From an uncultured Rhodospirillaceae bacterium (lineage in GTDB: Bacteria; Pseudomonadota; Alphaproteobacteria; UBA2966), in assembly GCA_964528595.1 (NCBI GenBank), contig CAZGTM010000005.1, positions 11,499-75,498 on the forward strand: 64,000 nt of DNA, written 5' to 3'. Every line of letters begins with the position of its first letter. Within the stretch, counting starts at the first letter, position 1. Positions 63,019 through 64,000 of this stretch are shown here, piece after piece. Made by a program: the position numbers and the translations under genes. The notes under the pieces are model-generated. The model had not been told where the DNA came from. It made no database searches and saw nothing but the letters and a program-made list of their open reading frames with translations.

Positions 63019-64000
63019 TTACTTCGAAAAAGACCCCGTCATGACGGCTGCCATGCGACGCGCAAAGGCTGCCGGGTCGGGCAGGGTTTCGCCCTCGAGG
63101 ATGCGTGCCTGATCGAGCAGCAGGTGGGCGGCGTCGGCCAGGCGGTCGGCGGCGCCTTTTTCCTCGGCGTTGGCGGCCAGCGACTTGATCAGGTCGTTGC
63201 GCGGGTTGATCTCCAGGATCGGCGCCGTCGGCCCGGCGTCCTGTCCCTGTGCCTTGAGCAATTTGGCCAGATGCATGTCGATCGCCATTTCGTCGGCCAC
63301 CAGGCAGACCGGGCTATCGGCCAGCCGGTCCGTGGTGCGCACGTCCTTGACGGCTTCGCCCAGTTCCTGCTTGAGCAGGACGATAAGGGTCGCCGTTAGG
63401 GATTCGGATGCCGCGTCTTCCTTGTCGTCCTTGGCATCCACCTCCGCGACATCGTCTAGATCGGCGCCGCCCTGGGTGACCGATTTCAGCGGCTTGCCGT
63501 CAAAATCGGTAATGGCGCGGACCCAGAAATCGTCGACCGCGTCGGTCATCAGCAGCACCTCGATGCCGCGCGCCGCAAAACCTTCGAGTTGAGGGCTCTG
63601 GCGTACCGCCTCGGCTTCCTCGCCGGTGATGTAGTAGATGGTGGTCTGCTTGTCCTTCATGCGGCCGACATAGTCTTCCAGCGACACCAGGTCGTCGCCC
63701 TGGGTGGTGGATTGGAAGCGGGCGATCTTCAACAGGCGCTCGCGCTGCTCCTGATCCTCGTAGATGCCCTCCTTGAGGACGGCGCCGAAGTTGTTCCAGA
63801 AGACGGCGAATTCCTCGGGCTTCTTCTTGGCTTTCTTTTCGAGATCGCCCAGCACGCGCTTGGTCAGCGCCTTCTTGATGTGGTTGAGCACCGGTGAGTT
63901 CTGCAGCAACTCGCGGCTGACGTTGAGCGGCAGGTCCTCGCAATCGACAACGCCGCGCAGGAAGCGGAGGTACGACGGCAGAAGGCCTTCACAGTCGTCG
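63019..64000 (-). CDS. htpG: Molecular chaperone HtpG (Hsp90), C-terminal part; gene continues beyond window end
   Basis: The C-terminal dimerisation and middle-domain pattern (LEINPRNDLIKSL; KLLKAQGQ; TIYYITGE). The 5' end is outside the window. Confidence 0.9.
   Translation of the reverse strand, partial: DDCEGLLPSYLRFLRGVVDCEDLPLNVSRELLQNSPVLNHIKKALTKRVLGDLEKKAKKKPEEFAVFWNNFGAVLKEGIYEDQEQRERLLKIARFQSTTQGDDLVSLEDYVGRMKDKQTTIYYITGEEAEAVRQSPQLEGFAARGIEVLLMTDAVDDFWVRAITDFDGKPLKSVTQGGADLDDVAEVDAKDDKEDAASESLTATLIVLLKQELGEAVKDVRTTDRLADSPVCLVADEMAIDMHLAKLLKAQGQDAGPTAPILEINPRNDLIKSLAANAEEKGAADRLADAAHLLLDQARILEGETLPDPAAFARRMAAVMTGSFSK

Overview
Reading this window as a high-GC (about 65%) alphaproteobacterial chromosome segment, I call about 65 protein-coding genes and no rRNA, tRNA, CRISPR array, transposase or integrase. 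Core housekeeping blocks are asd, leuBDC, the rplS-trmD-rimM-rpsP operon, ffh, dapF-mtaB-ftsY-yciB, a complete contiguous ccmABCDEFGHI cytochrome c maturation locus, acnA and htpG. Two accessory regions stand out. The first (1300-18127) is a long co-directional cluster of CoA-thioester metabolism genes with no regulator. It holds an OYE flavoenzyme with an unusual C-terminal Fn3 domain, an orphan EntE-type aryl-acid adenylase, an E3-like disulfide reductase, an acyl-CoA synthetase, an SDR, a CaiB/BaiF CoA-transferase, a 288-aa protein of unknown function, an epimerase-like SDR and a MaoC dehydratase. Next to it are a TRAP transporter, an MBL-fold hydrolase and a membrane desaturase. The second (46106-58431) is a Liv-type ABC importer flanked by two CoA ligases, a PaaK-like one and a 654-aa AMP-dependent synthetase. 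It sits next to an enoyl-CoA hydratase and a divergent pair of a ThDP enzyme and a 2OG/Fe(II) oxygenase. The most unexplained feature is a low-GC 0.8-kb island (38040-38829) between the NUDIX gene and ccmI. It contains a convincing small protein gene with its own SD and terminator, and a plus-strand unit with a cysteine-rich sORF ending in a strong intrinsic terminator, so it is a candidate sRNA or small-peptide locus. There is also a two-copy, inverted, double-hairpin REP-like element (28634-28737 and 37333-37449). Several perfect palindromes sit in promoter regions of the liv-type operons, and a tandem Ala/Glu/Pro-rich repeat extends ribosomal protein S16. Hand-derived coordinates may be off by 1-2 nt; ORF-track coordinates were used wherever possible.
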